In this document: in pieces, positions 1-9,747 of the stretch
How positions within the stretch are numbered: position 1 is the first letter of the stretch
Layout of the letters: each line of letters starts with the position of its first letter
Source: a virus
Lineage: Duplodnaviria > Heunggongvirae > Uroviricota > Caudoviricetes
Length of the DNA stretch: 44,897 nt
Virus record (IMG/VR): IMGVR_UViG_2872688378_000003
Direction: 5' to 3' (one strand)
Position numbers and translations under genes: made by a program
Notes under the pieces: generated by a model
Told to the model about the DNA's origin: nothing
Seen by the model: the letters and a program-made list of their open reading frames with translations, nothing else
Database searches by the model: none

Positions 1-378
1 ATGGACGAACAGTGGGGCTATGTCGGTGCTAAATCGCGCCAGCGCTGGCTGTTTTACGCGTATGACAGGCTCCGGAAGACGGTTGTTGCGCACGTATTCG
101 GTGAACGCACTATGGCGACGCTGGGGCGTCTTATGAGCCTGCTGTCACCCTTTGACGTGGTGATATGGATGACGGATGGCTGGCCGCTGTATGAATCCCG
201 CCTGAAGGGAAAGCTGCACGTAATCAGCAAGCGATATACGCAGCGAATTGAGCGGCATAACCTGAATCTGAGGCAGCACCTGGCACGGCTGGGACGGAAG
301 TCGCTGTCGTTCTCAAAATCGGTGGAGCTGCATGACAAAGTCATCGGGCATTATCTGAACATAAAACACTATCAATAA
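1..378 (+). CDS. insB: IS1 transposase InsB, C-terminal part (5' end outside window)
   Basis: ORF translation ...[31 protein letters not shown] matches the IS1 InsB C-terminus as I recall it. Confidence 0.85.
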   Translation: MDEQWGYVGAKSRQRWLFYAYDRLRKTVVAHVFGERTMATLGRLMSLLSPFDVVIWMTDGWPLYESRLKGKLHVISKRYTQRIERHNLNLRQHLARLGRKSLSFSKSVELHDKVIGHYLNIKHYQ

Positions 379-393
379 GTTGGAGTCATTACC
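1..393 (+). mobile_element. IS1 insertion sequence, right-hand portion (window begins inside the element)
   Basis: insB frame runs to stop at 376-378 and is followed by the IS1 terminal inverted repeat ...GTTGGAGTCATTACC ending at 393; recognised from memory of IS1. Confidence 0.85.
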
Positions 394-686
394 ACGAGCT
401 CAACGGGGAAAGACTGAGAGAACCTAACGAAGTTTTTAAACGTTTAGGTCGAGCAATAAGATATAATTTTCAAGTGGACGATGCAAAATTTAGACGCGAT
501 AATGTAAAAGAAATAATTTCTAATTTATTCGCTAACAAAGTTGACGTTGACCATCCTGAAAATAAATACAAAGACTTTAAGGATCTCGAAGATAACGTTG
601 AAAAAAGACTTCAAAATCGCCAGGCGAAATATCAAAATGAAATTAATCAACTATCTGCGCCAGGTGTTAATTTTGATGATATTTAA
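394..686 (+). pseudogene. 3' fragment of a host ORF interrupted by IS1 (possibly yfdF)
   Basis: Frame is open from the IS1 boundary (no stop between 394 and 686), protein-like translation ...ELNGERLREPNEVFKRLGRAIRYNFQVDDAKF...; ORF track start at 474 is a GTG; gene identity inferred only from K-12 gene order (yfdF precedes mlaA). Confidence 0.4.
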
Positions 687-825
687 AATTATTTTTCCAG
701 TTTTTTGATTTTTCAACGCCTGAATATCGGAAATAGTCAGTGACGAACATCAGTATTTTTACATCATTACGTCCGGGTCATTGTCGGTTTATCTCCTTTT
801 ACTTGTGGTAATTGAGGGATAACAA

Positions 826-858
826 CAAAAAAGGTGAGTTTTGCGACTCACCTTTTTT
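826..858. terminator. Bidirectional rho-independent terminator between the truncated ORF and mlaA
   Basis: A-run, stem GGTGAGT / ACTCACC with 6-nt loop, then T-run (aaaaaaaGGTGAGTtttgcgACTCACCtttttt). Confidence 0.7.
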
Positions 859-867
859 ATTTGTTTC

Positions 868-1623
868 TTATTCAGAATCAATATCTTTTAAATCATCCTG
901 AATCGCTTGTGCGTTCGGATTTTCCTGCGGTTTGAGTTCGCCGCCATTAGCGATGAAATCATGACGCTGGAAGTACGCTTCGCGCACCATAATATAAGGA
1001 TCGGACGACTGACGCAGCAGACCATCGGAATCCAACAACTGCGCACGAGTTTCTATCCCTTCAAGCGTCCATTTACCCACAGACATCGGCCAGGTCAGCC
1101 AGGAAAGAACCGGGTAAAGACCATCCGCCATATCACCACCGTCATCACGCAGCGTGAAGCTACCGTAGAACGGTAACTGAACGTAAGGCCCATAACCCAC
1201 GCCATAATGACCAAGCGTACTACCGAAGCGGTGAGGTTCAGTCCGTTGCAGTTTCGGGTTCGCCATCCCTGCAACATCAATAAAACCGCCCATCCCCAAA
1301 ATGGTGTTCAGGAAAAAGCGGGTAAAGTGGACCATCCCCTGATAAGGGTCGCCCTGCAAGAAGTAGTTAACCATCACCGCAGGTTCTTCAAGGTTGCCAG
1401 TAAAGTTGCTCAAACCGTTACGCGCCGGTTGCGGAACATAATCACGCCAGGCGACAGCGACCGGTCGAACAATATACGGGTCTAATACATTGAAGTTGAA
1501 GTTGTACATGGTGCGGTTGAACCCTTCTAACGGGTCAGAACGCCCTTGCTGATCTGTACCGGAACTCGCACACCCCACCAGAAGCGTAGTTCCCAGAGCA
1601 AGCGCCGACAGGCGAAGCTTCAT
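868..1623 (-). CDS. mlaA: Phospholipid-binding outer-membrane lipoprotein MlaA (VacJ)
   Basis: 251-aa ORF with lipoprotein signal (LLVGCAS) and sequence matching MlaA/VacJ from memory; expected neighbour of yfdC-argW. Confidence 0.85.
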   Translation of the reverse strand: MKLRLSALALGTTLLVGCASSGTDQQGRSDPLEGFNRTMYNFNFNVLDPYIVRPVAVAWRDYVPQPARNGLSNFTGNLEEPAVMVNYFLQGDPYQGMVHFTRFFLNTILGMGGFIDVAGMANPKLQRTEPHRFGSTLGHYGVGYGPYVQLPFYGSFTLRDDGGDMADGLYPVLSWLTWPMSVGKWTLEGIETRAQLLDSDGLLRQSSDPYIMVREAYFQRHDFIANGGELKPQENPNAQAIQDDLKDIDSE

Positions 1624-1916
1624 AAATGTCTCCCTGTTTTTTTATGGCTTATGCAGTTTGCCATCCATGACGGAACGATACCGTATCCGCCTGTTTAGGT
1701 GTGGGCGATTGTAACAGCACGTCAACTGATGTCCAGACGCCCTGATTTGCTGATTTGATCATAGCCTGGTAATCGCCGCCCTGTAGGCTACTTGATTCTA
1801 TAGAAACAGAAAAAGGCAAACGCAGCCTTTTCTACATTTTCAGAGTAACTCCCGTCAGTTGCGAGCAAAAAAGCCGCTACGCTTTAGCTATACGTGCTAA
1901 TTCAAGAGAAGAGACC

Positions 1917-2849
1917 ATGGACAACGACAAAATTGATCAACACAGCGACGAAATTGAAGTTGAGAGCGAAGAAAAAGAGCGCGGCAAAAAAATAGAAATA
2001 GATGAAGACCGACTCCCCTCCCGGGCGATGGCAATTCATGAGCATATCCGCCAGGATGGTGAAAAAGAGCTGGAACGCGACGCAGTGGCGCTACTGTGGT
2101 CAGCCATTGCGGCGGGTCTGTCGATGGGCGCTTCGTTACTGGCAAAAGGGATATTTCAAGTCGAACTGGAAGGTGTGCCGGGCAGCTTCTTGCTGGAGAA
2201 TCTCGGTTATACCTTTGGTTTTATTATCGTCATTATGGCCCGCCAGCAATTATTTACCGAAAATACCGTGACTGCGGTACTACCCGTCATGCAAAAACCG
2301 ACAATGAGCAACGTCGGCTTACTTATACGGTTATGGGGCGTCGTGCTGCTGGGTAATATTCTCGGGACAGGTATTGCGGCGTGGGCATTTGAATATATGC
2401 CTATCTTCAATGAAGAAACTCGCGATGCATTTGTCAAAATCGGCATGGATGTGATGAAGAACACCCCCAGCGAGATGTTTGCCAACGCGATCATTTCCGG
2501 CTGGCTGATCGCCACTATGGTTTGGATGTTTCCTGCAGCGGGTGCGGCAAAGATTGTGGTGATTATATTGATGACCTGGCTTATTGCCCTGGGTGACACC
2601 ACCCATATCGTGGTCGGTTCTGTTGAAATCCTCTATCTGGTGTTTAACGGTACGCTGCACTGGAGCGATTTCATCTGGCCCTTCGCACTACCTACTTTAG
2701 CGGGGAACATCTGCGGCGGCACCTTTATCTTCGCGTTAATGAGTCATGCACAGATTCGTAACGACATGAGCAATAAGCGTAAAGCAGAAGCACGCCAAAA
2801 AGCAGAACGTGCGGAAAACATTAAGAAAAATTATAAAAACCCGGCATAA
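1917..2849 (+). CDS. yfdC: Formate/nitrite transporter family inner-membrane protein YfdC
   Basis: 310-aa ORF, hydrophobic multi-pass membrane protein; position immediately upstream of argW as in K-12. Confidence 0.8.
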   Translation: MDNDKIDQHSDEIEVESEEKERGKKIEIDEDRLPSRAMAIHEHIRQDGEKELERDAVALLWSAIAAGLSMGASLLAKGIFQVELEGVPGSFLLENLGYTFGFIIVIMARQQLFTENTVTAVLPVMQKPTMSNVGLLIRLWGVVLLGNILGTGIAAWAFEYMPIFNEETRDAFVKIGMDVMKNTPSEMFANAIISGWLIATMVWMFPAAGAAKIVVIILMTWLIALGDTTHIVVGSVEILYLVFNGTLHWSDFIWPFALPTLAGNICGGTFIFALMSHAQIRNDMSNKRKAEARQKAERAENIKKNYKNPA

Positions 2850-2924
2850 ATGGCGAGGGTTTAAGCAATCGAGCGGCAGCGTACTTACCCCGCACTCCAT
2901 TAGCGGGTATACTCATGCCGCATT

Positions 2925-2999
2925 GTCCTCTTAGTTAAATGGATATAACGAGCCCCTCCTAAGGGCTAATTGCAGGTTCGATTCCTGCAGGGGACACCA
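2925..2999 (+). tRNA. argW: tRNA-Arg (anticodon CCU), argW; prophage integration site (attL side)
   Basis: 75-nt sequence GTCCTCTTAGTTAAATGG...GGTTCGATTCCTGCAGGGGACACCA with T-loop GGTTCGATTCC, CCA end and anticodon loop CTCCTAA. Confidence 0.95.
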
Positions 3000-3124
3000 T
3001 TTATCAGTTCGCTCCCATCCGTACCAGTCCGCAAAATCCCCTGAATATCAAGCCTTCCGTAGATTCACAGTTCGTCATGGTTCGCGTCAGATCGTTGACA
3101 GCCGCACTCCATGACGGGTAAAAA

Positions 3125-4318
3125 GTGGATAAAATAATTTTACCCACCGGATTTTTACCCATGCTCACCGTTAAGCAGATTGAAGCAGCAAAGCCGAAAG
3201 AAAAACCATACCGCCTACTCGATGGTAATGGCCTGTACCTTTATGTCCCTGTGTCAGGGAAAAAGGTATGGCAGCTTCGCTACAAGATTGACGGTAAGGA
3301 GAAAATCCTGACCGTCGGAAAATATCCGCTAATGACTTTGCAGGAGGCAAGAGATAAAGCATGGACCGCGAGGAAAGACATCTCGGTTGGCATCGATCCG
3401 GTAAAAGCGAAAAAGGCTTCGTCTAACAACAATTCCTTTAGTGCCATTTACAAGGAATGGTACGAGCACAAGAAGCAAGTCTGGTCAGTAGGCTATGCAA
3501 CTGAACTTGCCAAAATGTTTGATGACGACATTTTACCCATCATCGGCGGTCTTGAGATTCAGGATATTGAGCCGATGCAACTGCTGGAAGTAATCCGCAG
3601 ATTTGAAGATCGCGGTGCAATGGAGCGAGCCAACAAAGCCCGCAGAAGATGCGGCGAGGTTTTCCGTTACGCTATTGTCACCGGCAGGGCTAAATATAAC
3701 CCGGCACCTGACCTTGCTGACGCCATGAAGGGGTACCGCAAGAAGAACTTCCCGTTTCTTCCTGCAGACCAGATCCCGGCATTCAATAAAGCACTGGCAA
3801 CATTTTCAGGAAGTATCGTATCGCTCATTGCCACCAAGGTTTTACGCTACACTGCCCTAAGAACGAAAGAGCTTCGTTCCATGCTATGGAAGAACGTCGA
3901 TTTTGAAAACAGGATTATCACCATCGACGCCAGTGTGATGAAAGGACGCAAAATTCATGTGGTCCCGATGTCAGACCAGGTGGTTGAACTTCTCACTACG
4001 TTAAGCTCCATCACCAAACCAGTATCAGAGTTTGTTTTTGCCGGGCGCAACGATAAGAAGAAGCCAATCTGCGAGAATGCGGTACTGCTTGTGATCAAAC
4101 AAATCGGCTATGAAGGTCTGGAAAGCGGTCACGGATTCAGGCATGAATTCAGCACGATTATGAACGAGCACGAATGGCCTGCTGACGCTATTGAAGTGCA
4201 ACTGGCACATGCCAACGGCGGATCTGTGCGCGGGATTTACAACCATGCTCAGTATCTCGATAAGCGCAGAGAAATGATGCAATGGTGGGCGGACTGGCTT
4301 GATGAAAAGGTGGAGTGA
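3125..4318 (+). CDS. intS: Tyrosine integrase, P4/IntS family (prophage integrase)
   Basis: Translation contains the characteristic N-terminal MLTVKQIEAAKPKEKPYRLLDGNGLYLYV motif and C-terminal catalytic region (...HGFRHEF...YNHAQYL); likely true start is the ATG at 3161; lies directly after argW. Confidence 0.9.
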   Translation: MDKIILPTGFLPMLTVKQIEAAKPKEKPYRLLDGNGLYLYVPVSGKKVWQLRYKIDGKEKILTVGKYPLMTLQEARDKAWTARKDISVGIDPVKAKKASSNNNSFSAIYKEWYEHKKQVWSVGYATELAKMFDDDILPIIGGLEIQDIEPMQLLEVIRRFEDRGAMERANKARRRCGEVFRYAIVTGRAKYNPAPDLADAMKGYRKKNFPFLPADQIPAFNKALATFSGSIVSLIATKVLRYTALRTKELRSMLWKNVDFENRIITIDASVMKGRKIHVVPMSDQVVELLTTLSSITKPVSEFVFAGRNDKKKPICENAVLLVIKQIGYEGLESGHGFRHEFSTIMNEHEWPADAIEVQLAHANGGSVRGIYNHAQYLDKRREMMQWWADWLDEKVE

Positions 4319-4405
4319 TCCGCCTTAACCACTATCGAAGTGCACAAAGCCTTGCAATCCAGTGCAAAGCTTTGTGTGTATCAGTTTTGTCCTGTGCGCC
4401 GGATA

Positions 4406-4852
4406 TCAATTGGCCTGCTCCCCCGGAGGCGTAGGCCAGACGGGATTTGATGTATCAACGCGCATCAGCAAGACCCGGTATTTTTTCCATTCAGATAACG
4501 CGGCGGTTTCTTCTACCGTCGCGATTTCCGCATCAAAAGCATCCTGTCTCCAGACTATTTCCTTATCAGCCATAGAACGCAATACCGTTCTTTTCTGTTC
4601 AGCCTGAATAATCTGTTGTTCAGCGGAGAGTGGCGGGATATCAATCCACGCAGGATTACCATTTTTATCAGCCCCCAGCGTTTTGCCTTCTGGCGCTACG
4701 CCTGTGTAAATTGCCATTGTTTCATCATCAACATCAGCGCCATTTTCAGGCCATGAACCGGCGCTGATATATACATCTTTTAGTGCTTCCGGATAGAAAG
4801 AGCCTTTATAAAATTTATTCATTCTTAATACCCCAACGCGATAAAACAACAA
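4406..4852 (-). CDS. Tail fibre assembly protein (Tfa)
   Basis: C-terminal ...SEWKKYRVLLMRVDTSNPVWPTPP resembles the conserved Tfa C-domain; likely start is the internal ATG at 4822 just after the tail fibre stop. Confidence 0.75.
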   Translation of the reverse strand: MLFYRVGVLRMNKFYKGSFYPEALKDVYISAGSWPENGADVDDETMAIYTGVAPEGKTLGADKNGNPAWIDIPPLSAEQQIIQAEQKRTVLRSMADKEIVWRQDAFDAEIATVEETAALSEWKKYRVLLMRVDTSNPVWPTPPGEQAN

Positions 4853-5742
4853 TCTTCGGTGCCCTCTCCGGATGGCGACCAGTTCTGAATACTGATATGC
4901 GTTCTGCTGGCAATACGCACATTCATCGCGGCATTGTAGCCAGATGTTCCACGGTTTCCGGTCGCAAATAAGCCTGCATAGGGAAAAGCAAATGGTAAGG
5001 CATATCCAGTATCAGCTCCCTTTTGTGTTGCCACCGTTCCCCACTGCAACATAAGTTTCACCGGGTTTCCTGTCGTCGCAATGCATGGAATGTAGATGTA
5101 ACCATTACCTGACATCATTGACCTGAAGCTGTCTAAATCCAGTAACTTCGAGGGATTATCTGCTCCAACATCTCGTGTTGCAGCGGTCCCTAACTGGAGC
5201 GCATTTCGGAAGGCTGATACATCAGAAATATCAGATCCATTAGCCGATTTCTGCATAGCTCCGGAGGCTTTATTTATCGTTTCTCCCAAACCAAGGTATG
5301 TGAGAATGTCTGCAATAGTATTTTTCCCGATAATGTCACGGCCTACAGAAGTTAAATCAGTCTGCGCTGCTGTATCATTTCCAGTGAAATACGGGAGTTT
5401 ATTTGCACCGGTTTCGAGCCCAGCCAATGCCGTCAGCGTGGCATCAAGGGCCTGGAAATCCTTCCCAAAAGCGGTTCCCATTTTGGAGATAAACCCGTTC
5501 AGGTCACCATCATCAAGCACGTCCAGCCCACTTTTGTTGGCTGTGTACTGCGCAAGCGCTGCCGCAATAAAGCTGGCCTGTCGAATAACCTTATTGACTT
5601 GCGCACTGGATGCTTTCCCTGCTGTAAATCCGGATAAAAGCGCAGGCAACGCTTCCCATTCCTCCTGCGACATAACATTGGCATTTCGATCCGTTGCAAA
5701 CGCTTTAAAGTCATTTTTCGCCATCAGAGTAATACTCCCCAT
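4825..5742 (-). CDS. Tail fibre protein
   Basis: Precedes tfa; N-terminal region MSQEEWEALP... typical of Mu/P2-type fibre N-termini; likely start at 5724 (ATGA overlap with upstream gene). Confidence 0.7.
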   Translation of the reverse strand: MGSITLMAKNDFKAFATDRNANVMSQEEWEALPALLSGFTAGKASSAQVNKVIRQASFIAAALAQYTANKSGLDVLDDGDLNGFISKMGTAFGKDFQALDATLTALAGLETGANKLPYFTGNDTAAQTDLTSVGRDIIGKNTIADILTYLGLGETINKASGAMQKSANGSDISDVSAFRNALQLGTAATRDVGADNPSKLLDLDSFRSMMSGNGYIYIPCIATTGNPVKLMLQWGTVATQKGADTGYALPFAFPYAGLFATGNRGTSGYNAAMNVRIASRTHISIQNWSPSGEGTEDCCFIALGY

Positions 5743-6404
5743 GCTCCTACATCAAAACCACTGATGAATTCGTTATCCATATCAAAACCAAAAAATTTTG
5801 AGCCTTCCGATGGGGTTTCCACCGAAGGTGTTTCAATGCCACCCGCCCACACCCCGGCGGCTTTTACTGTGAGATATCCCTGTTTAATTGCAGCAATTAA
5901 CTCACGCGATACATCTGAAATATCAGTATCAGGAAAGACCCAGACCGATATCGTCATGTCCTGGTTATCGACTATCTGCATTCGCAGCCCGGATCCTGCT
6001 GTTGCCGCGTCAAGAATTGCCGGAAGCGAATCATTCCGTCCGTCCCAGTTATTAATCGCAATCTTCGCTTTAAGAATGACACGATAAGTTTCATCGCTGA
6101 GATACATGTATCCGGAATCAGGATCATATGGCCCCTGCCACACCCCCTGATCATATCCAAGCCCGTCGGTATCCCAGCTGAAATAGACACCTGAGATAGG
6201 CTGGCGGACAACACGGCTACGTCCGATCCACAATCCCAGAATGTCAAGTTGCACACCAACCGCAGAGTCAATATCAAATGCAGTAATCAGCCCTCTGGTG
6301 GCAGCCGCAACATCAATAAGCGGCCGGGTCATCAGATCAACATGCGCAAGAAATTTAGGTTTGGTGGCGTGGTAGTTCGTGATTAGTTCGGTGTATTTGC
6401 TCAT
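5724..6404 (-). CDS. Baseplate/tail protein (Mu gp48-like position)
   Basis: 226-aa ORF in tight overlap chain between J-like gene and tail fibre. Confidence 0.55.
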   Translation of the reverse strand: MSKYTELITNYHATKPKFLAHVDLMTRPLIDVAAATRGLITAFDIDSAVGVQLDILGLWIGRSRVVRQPISGVYFSWDTDGLGYDQGVWQGPYDPDSGYMYLSDETYRVILKAKIAINNWDGRNDSLPAILDAATAGSGLRMQIVDNQDMTISVWVFPDTDISDVSRELIAAIKQGYLTVKAAGVWAGGIETPSVETPSEGSKFFGFDMDNEFISGFDVGAWGVLL

Positions 6405-7600
6405 GACTCCACCGTTATAACGATATTTTCCGGGGTACAGGACGCAGATTCGTTATATCTGATATCAATGTTTGATGACGACAAAGCCCCCGGGGATTTC
6501 CCAATCGTCAGTTCCTGAATATCGTAATAGCGTGCATTCCCGCCACTCACCACGCCAAGATTCGCCGGTGAGTAAATGCGACTTAAAAGGACCGAATCAC
6601 CGATCGTAAGACTATTGATATAGTCGGAAATAGCCTGCTGGATCTGCTGCCCTATCTGTGAGGTATAACCCGTAAAAACTTTTAATTTAATCCGGGCATA
6701 AACAGGCACATCACTGGAACGCGAGAATTTGATTACATAGGGATTGCCGTATTTATCCGGAACCGTAACGGATGTTGTACCGTGAGTGGCTGTACCCTGG
6801 CCTTTATTCCCTCTGATAGCCTGAGCAATATCCGTCACATCACCGCCATCCACAATCACAGCAACAGAGTGTGGCGGTAACCCGTTACCGTCCTCCGAAC
6901 CAGTATCGTTTTCATAGAGTTTGTGGCGGGTTACACCGGTAACATTAGAAACAGCACCATCCAGTGCTTCAAATGGGGTTATTGATGGCAGCGCAACACT
7001 CTGCGACTGGCGGATACGTAACTCCGCGTCAGTTTCTGCCGGAGTGCCCACAGTAGCTGCAGCAGGATTGGTTACCGAAACCCAGCCACGGGTTGGCGTA
7101 TTAATTTCAGTGATAGTTCCAGCCAGCGCCGCCACTGCACCACTGACGGAACATGTTGCGGTCACCATCACTGTACCATCCACGCCGACCACCACTGAAG
7201 CAGGCAAACGCCATATCACATTATTACTGTCTTTCACGCTGCCATTAATGATGGTTGTTCCGGCAGTTCCTGTAAGAAGCAAATCAACCGTAGAGTTCGT
7301 CGCGCCTTTACGTGAAATACCATTTATTTTCACGTTACTGGTCAGTGCAGCCCCATAGCCGGTTGCCGGTGAAAAACAGTTGTAGACAGTTATCGCCATA
7401 TTATTGGCATCATGAATCGCCAGCGCCATCAGAGCCACCATCTGGCCGTCTTTGCTGTCCGGTTCGAGGTAGGCATCACTGCCATAAACCTGCTGAAAAT
7501 AGCTAATCAGGGTGCTGAGTATCGTCTGATAATCAGGCGCACTGATCCCCTCCGCGGTTACCTTTGCAGATAAACCGAGAGAATCAAGGTTCAGAGCCAT
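6401..7600 (-). CDS. Baseplate J-like protein (Mu gp47 / P2 gpJ family)
   Basis: 399-aa ORF, position and size typical of baseplate J; 4-nt overlaps with neighbours. Confidence 0.65.
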   Translation of the reverse strand: MALNLDSLGLSAKVTAEGISAPDYQTILSTLISYFQQVYGSDAYLEPDSKDGQMVALMALAIHDANNMAITVYNCFSPATGYGAALTSNVKINGISRKGATNSTVDLLLTGTAGTTIINGSVKDSNNVIWRLPASVVVGVDGTVMVTATCSVSGAVAALAGTITEINTPTRGWVSVTNPAAATVGTPAETDAELRIRQSQSVALPSITPFEALDGAVSNVTGVTRHKLYENDTGSEDGNGLPPHSVAVIVDGGDVTDIAQAIRGNKGQGTATHGTTSVTVPDKYGNPYVIKFSRSSDVPVYARIKLKVFTGYTSQIGQQIQQAISDYINSLTIGDSVLLSRIYSPANLGVVSGGNARYYDIQELTIGKSPGALSSSNIDIRYNESASCTPENIVITVES

Positions 7601-7953
7601 TACGCCTCCGATGTAACAGTCGTTATTCCATAGAGAGTGTCGATTTCAGCGGAAAACATGACACGTCGGGTCGTGGTATCCACCGTCGTATTGAAAGAGA
7701 GGATTGATTTAACGCCCCGCGTTTCGAGGATGCGCTTACGGATCGCCAGGTTGTAGGTTTCCGGCTTCTGCTTACCGAGTACGGACTGGATCCACGGAGT
7801 CCCTTCGGTGGTATCGAGAAACCATTGCCCATACCACAATTCGAATCGCGTTTTTACCGCCTGCGCCACTGCCTCCGGTGAGTTAATCAGCCAGGTGTCA
7901 TCACCGCTGCCAAAGGTATAATCGCCATCGGCGTCTTCACGTCTGTATCGCAT
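7600..7953 (-). CDS. Baseplate wedge protein (gp25/W-like)
   Basis: 117-aa ORF between spike and J-like genes, overlapping start/stop. Confidence 0.55.
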   Translation of the reverse strand: MRYRREDADGDYTFGSGDDTWLINSPEAVAQAVKTRFELWYGQWFLDTTEGTPWIQSVLGKQKPETYNLAIRKRILETRGVKSILSFNTTVDTTTRRVMFSAEIDTLYGITTVTSEA

Positions 7954-8708
7954 CAGTTAGGCGCTCCTGTGTTACCGCCGCCGGTCTGTACTCCGCCGTG
8001 CGTGTGCGTCATCAGGCTCTTACCACCAGCTTTTACATCGTTAGTCACCGTGACAGGGCCAAGCATCGTCGCGGTGCCGCCGCTTTCGCCCATTCCCTGA
8101 GACAGATTGCCATTAATCGTTACGTTGCCGTTCAGCGTGATAGTCGGGGATGTGATTGTTGTTCCACCTTCAGCCGTAGCCGTGAGCTGGCCCGGTGTTT
8201 GAACGGTGATGTTATGTCCTGCGGCAACCTCTACGAACGCCGCACCATCATCGGTTCGCAGCTGCGCGGCGCTGGTACTGATACCGCTGATTTTCTGTGC
8301 TTGCGACTGCGGGCCAACGATGGCGAACGCATCCGATAAATCATGCATTCTGTCATCAACCGTCTCCTGTATCCCGCCGCTCTGCCACCAGAAATCAATA
8401 CAACGATCGGCAAAAACGACAAGACACTCATCCCCAGCTTTTACCGGAAAAGTCAACGTACAGCCTCCGCCGCGCGGGAATACCACCGGCACATCCACCA
8501 GCAGCGGGTAATTTTTGGTAACGCGATTGCCGTCGTTATCCGTTTCAACGGAACGGATAGCAGGCTGCACAACCGCCGTCACCGCGTCAGGGTCGAATGA
8601 CTGAACGATGCCAGGCAAAGCGACGCGGATCTGGTTCTTTGTGGTTTCCCGTTCAGATTTGAATGTTTCAGCAAGGTCGCCGCTGCGGGTCTGGTCAGAT
8701 ACTGCCAT
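7953..8708 (-). CDS. Baseplate assembly protein V / central spike
   Basis: 251 aa with Gly/Thr-rich C-terminal repeat region (…TAEGGTTITSPTITLNGNVTINGN…) typical of spike proteins; SD GGAG upstream of ATG at 8708. Confidence 0.65.
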   Translation of the reverse strand: MAVSDQTRSGDLAETFKSERETTKNQIRVALPGIVQSFDPDAVTAVVQPAIRSVETDNDGNRVTKNYPLLVDVPVVFPRGGGCTLTFPVKAGDECLVVFADRCIDFWWQSGGIQETVDDRMHDLSDAFAIVGPQSQAQKISGISTSAAQLRTDDGAAFVEVAAGHNITVQTPGQLTATAEGGTTITSPTITLNGNVTINGNLSQGMGESGGTATMLGPVTVTNDVKAGGKSLMTHTHGGVQTGGGNTGAPN

Positions 8709-8721
8709 TTAGTAGGCTCCA

Positions 8722-8750
8722 GAAAGCAAAAAACCCGCCGGGTGGCGGGT
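8722..8750 (-). terminator. Rho-independent terminator closing the inserted two-gene cassette
   Basis: Minus strand reads AACCCGCC-ACCC-GGCGGG followed by TTTTTTGC directly after the TAA stop at 8751-8753. Confidence 0.7.
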
Positions 8751-9167
8751 TTATGAATCGTAGGTTTTCAATTTTTCGAGTTCATCAGGAGGAAGTTCTA
8801 TGAAGGTTTCCTCTGCTAATTTTATCAGCCGGGGAAGCATCGAATCAGCTTGCTGATGAGCGTTTGGGCTGATGATTGCCAATATCTGATAGTGTTCATC
8901 GATATAAAGATGCTGAGCATATACCAAAAAATTATCACATGTCCGTTCACTCAGAGATGCTTCTGTAGGCCAGGGTTTATCGCCAGGTAGCTTTAAGTGA
9001 ATTTTCCTGATGTTGGCAGCCATCGCATCATAGTTACGTTCAAAACCGCCTAACGAACCAAAACACCAGAACTGGGAACCCTTTGAAATATAATCGGCAA
9101 GCATTTGAGCATACTTATGTGCTGCAGCTAAATGACGCAATTCTCCCGTGATACTGACTTTTGCCAT
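8751..9167 (-). CDS. Hypothetical protein, second gene of inserted cassette (138 aa)
   Basis: ORF with ATG 1 nt after stop of upstream gene (TGA C ATG); average GC about 42 percent, below flanking baseplate genes; no family recognised. Confidence 0.6.
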   Translation of the reverse strand: MAKVSITGELRHLAAAHKYAQMLADYISKGSQFWCFGSLGGFERNYDAMAANIRKIHLKLPGDKPWPTEASLSERTCDNFLVYAQHLYIDEHYQILAIISPNAHQQADSMLPRLIKLAEETFIELPPDELEKLKTYDS

Positions 9168-9168
9168 G

Positions 9169-9747
9169 TCACATCCATTTAGGGGCGTTGGCTCCCAGCA
9201 TCTTATGCGATGTTGAGATCAGTTCAATAGCCTCTTCACGGGTAACATTATCTGACAAGAGTTCAGCCTGGAAAGGCTGCGATTGCCTAACTTCAGCGGC
9301 CAACTGAGTTGCAGTGTTCTCGACGGCGGTCAACGCACGAACATATTTGCGTTTTAATGGGCGCAACATTTGCAGATGGCCTTGCCACATAGGGGACCTT
9401 TCCGCTTCAGAGAACATATCCACTAAATGTCCTTTAGCATTTCGGCATGCCTTGGCAAGACCTTCGAGATGGGATAAAAACTCTTCCGGAAGCTCATCAA
9501 CAATGATTCTCCCATTTCTAAAAGCTTCGAGATGAGACATGCCTTCCTTCGCGGTATTTTCGATTTCTTGAGCGCGTGCAGCAATCGCGGTACAACGACG
9601 AAATACCTCTTCAGCATCTAATCGTTGTGGCAGTTCACAAGCATTAGAGATCAGGGGTTTGAAAGCACCGTTAACAGCTTCCTGAACCTGATTCATTTGT
9701 TGTGTAATTGTTGCCAGCGCAAATGCGTAGCTAATCGCCATACCCAA
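9169..9747 (-). CDS. Hypothetical protein, first gene of inserted cassette (about 190 aa)
   Basis: ORF track start is TTG at 9747; ATG at 9741 has SD AGAGGGA about 7 nt upstream; contains a short Rx4H motif (RNAKGH) of uncertain significance; no family recognised. Confidence 0.6.
   Translation of the reverse strand: MGMAISYAFALATITQQMNQVQEAVNGAFKPLISNACELPQRLDAEEVFRRCTAIAARAQEIENTAKEGMSHLEAFRNGRIIVDELPEEFLSHLEGLAKACRNAKGHLVDMFSEAERSPMWQGHLQMLRPLKRKYVRALTAVENTATQLAAEVRQSQPFQAELLSDNVTREEAIELISTSHKMLGANAPKWM

Noticed and set aside
54-344. 96-aa minus-strand ORF inside IS1
   Set aside because: Antisense to insB; IS1 encodes insA/insB on one strand only.
2002-2660. Several overlapping ORFs on both strands within yfdC
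   Set aside because: All are alternative-frame or antisense overlaps of the yfdC membrane-protein ORF, which has the coherent hydrophobic translation.
4362-4607. 81-aa plus-strand ORF overlapping the tfa 3' region
   Set aside because: Antisense to Tfa, whose C-terminal domain is well conserved; no RBS.
4406-5742. Invertible tail-fibre segment (Gin/Pin-type host-range switch)
   Set aside because: No site-specific invertase gene and no flanking inverted repeats around the fibre C-terminus or tfa in the window.
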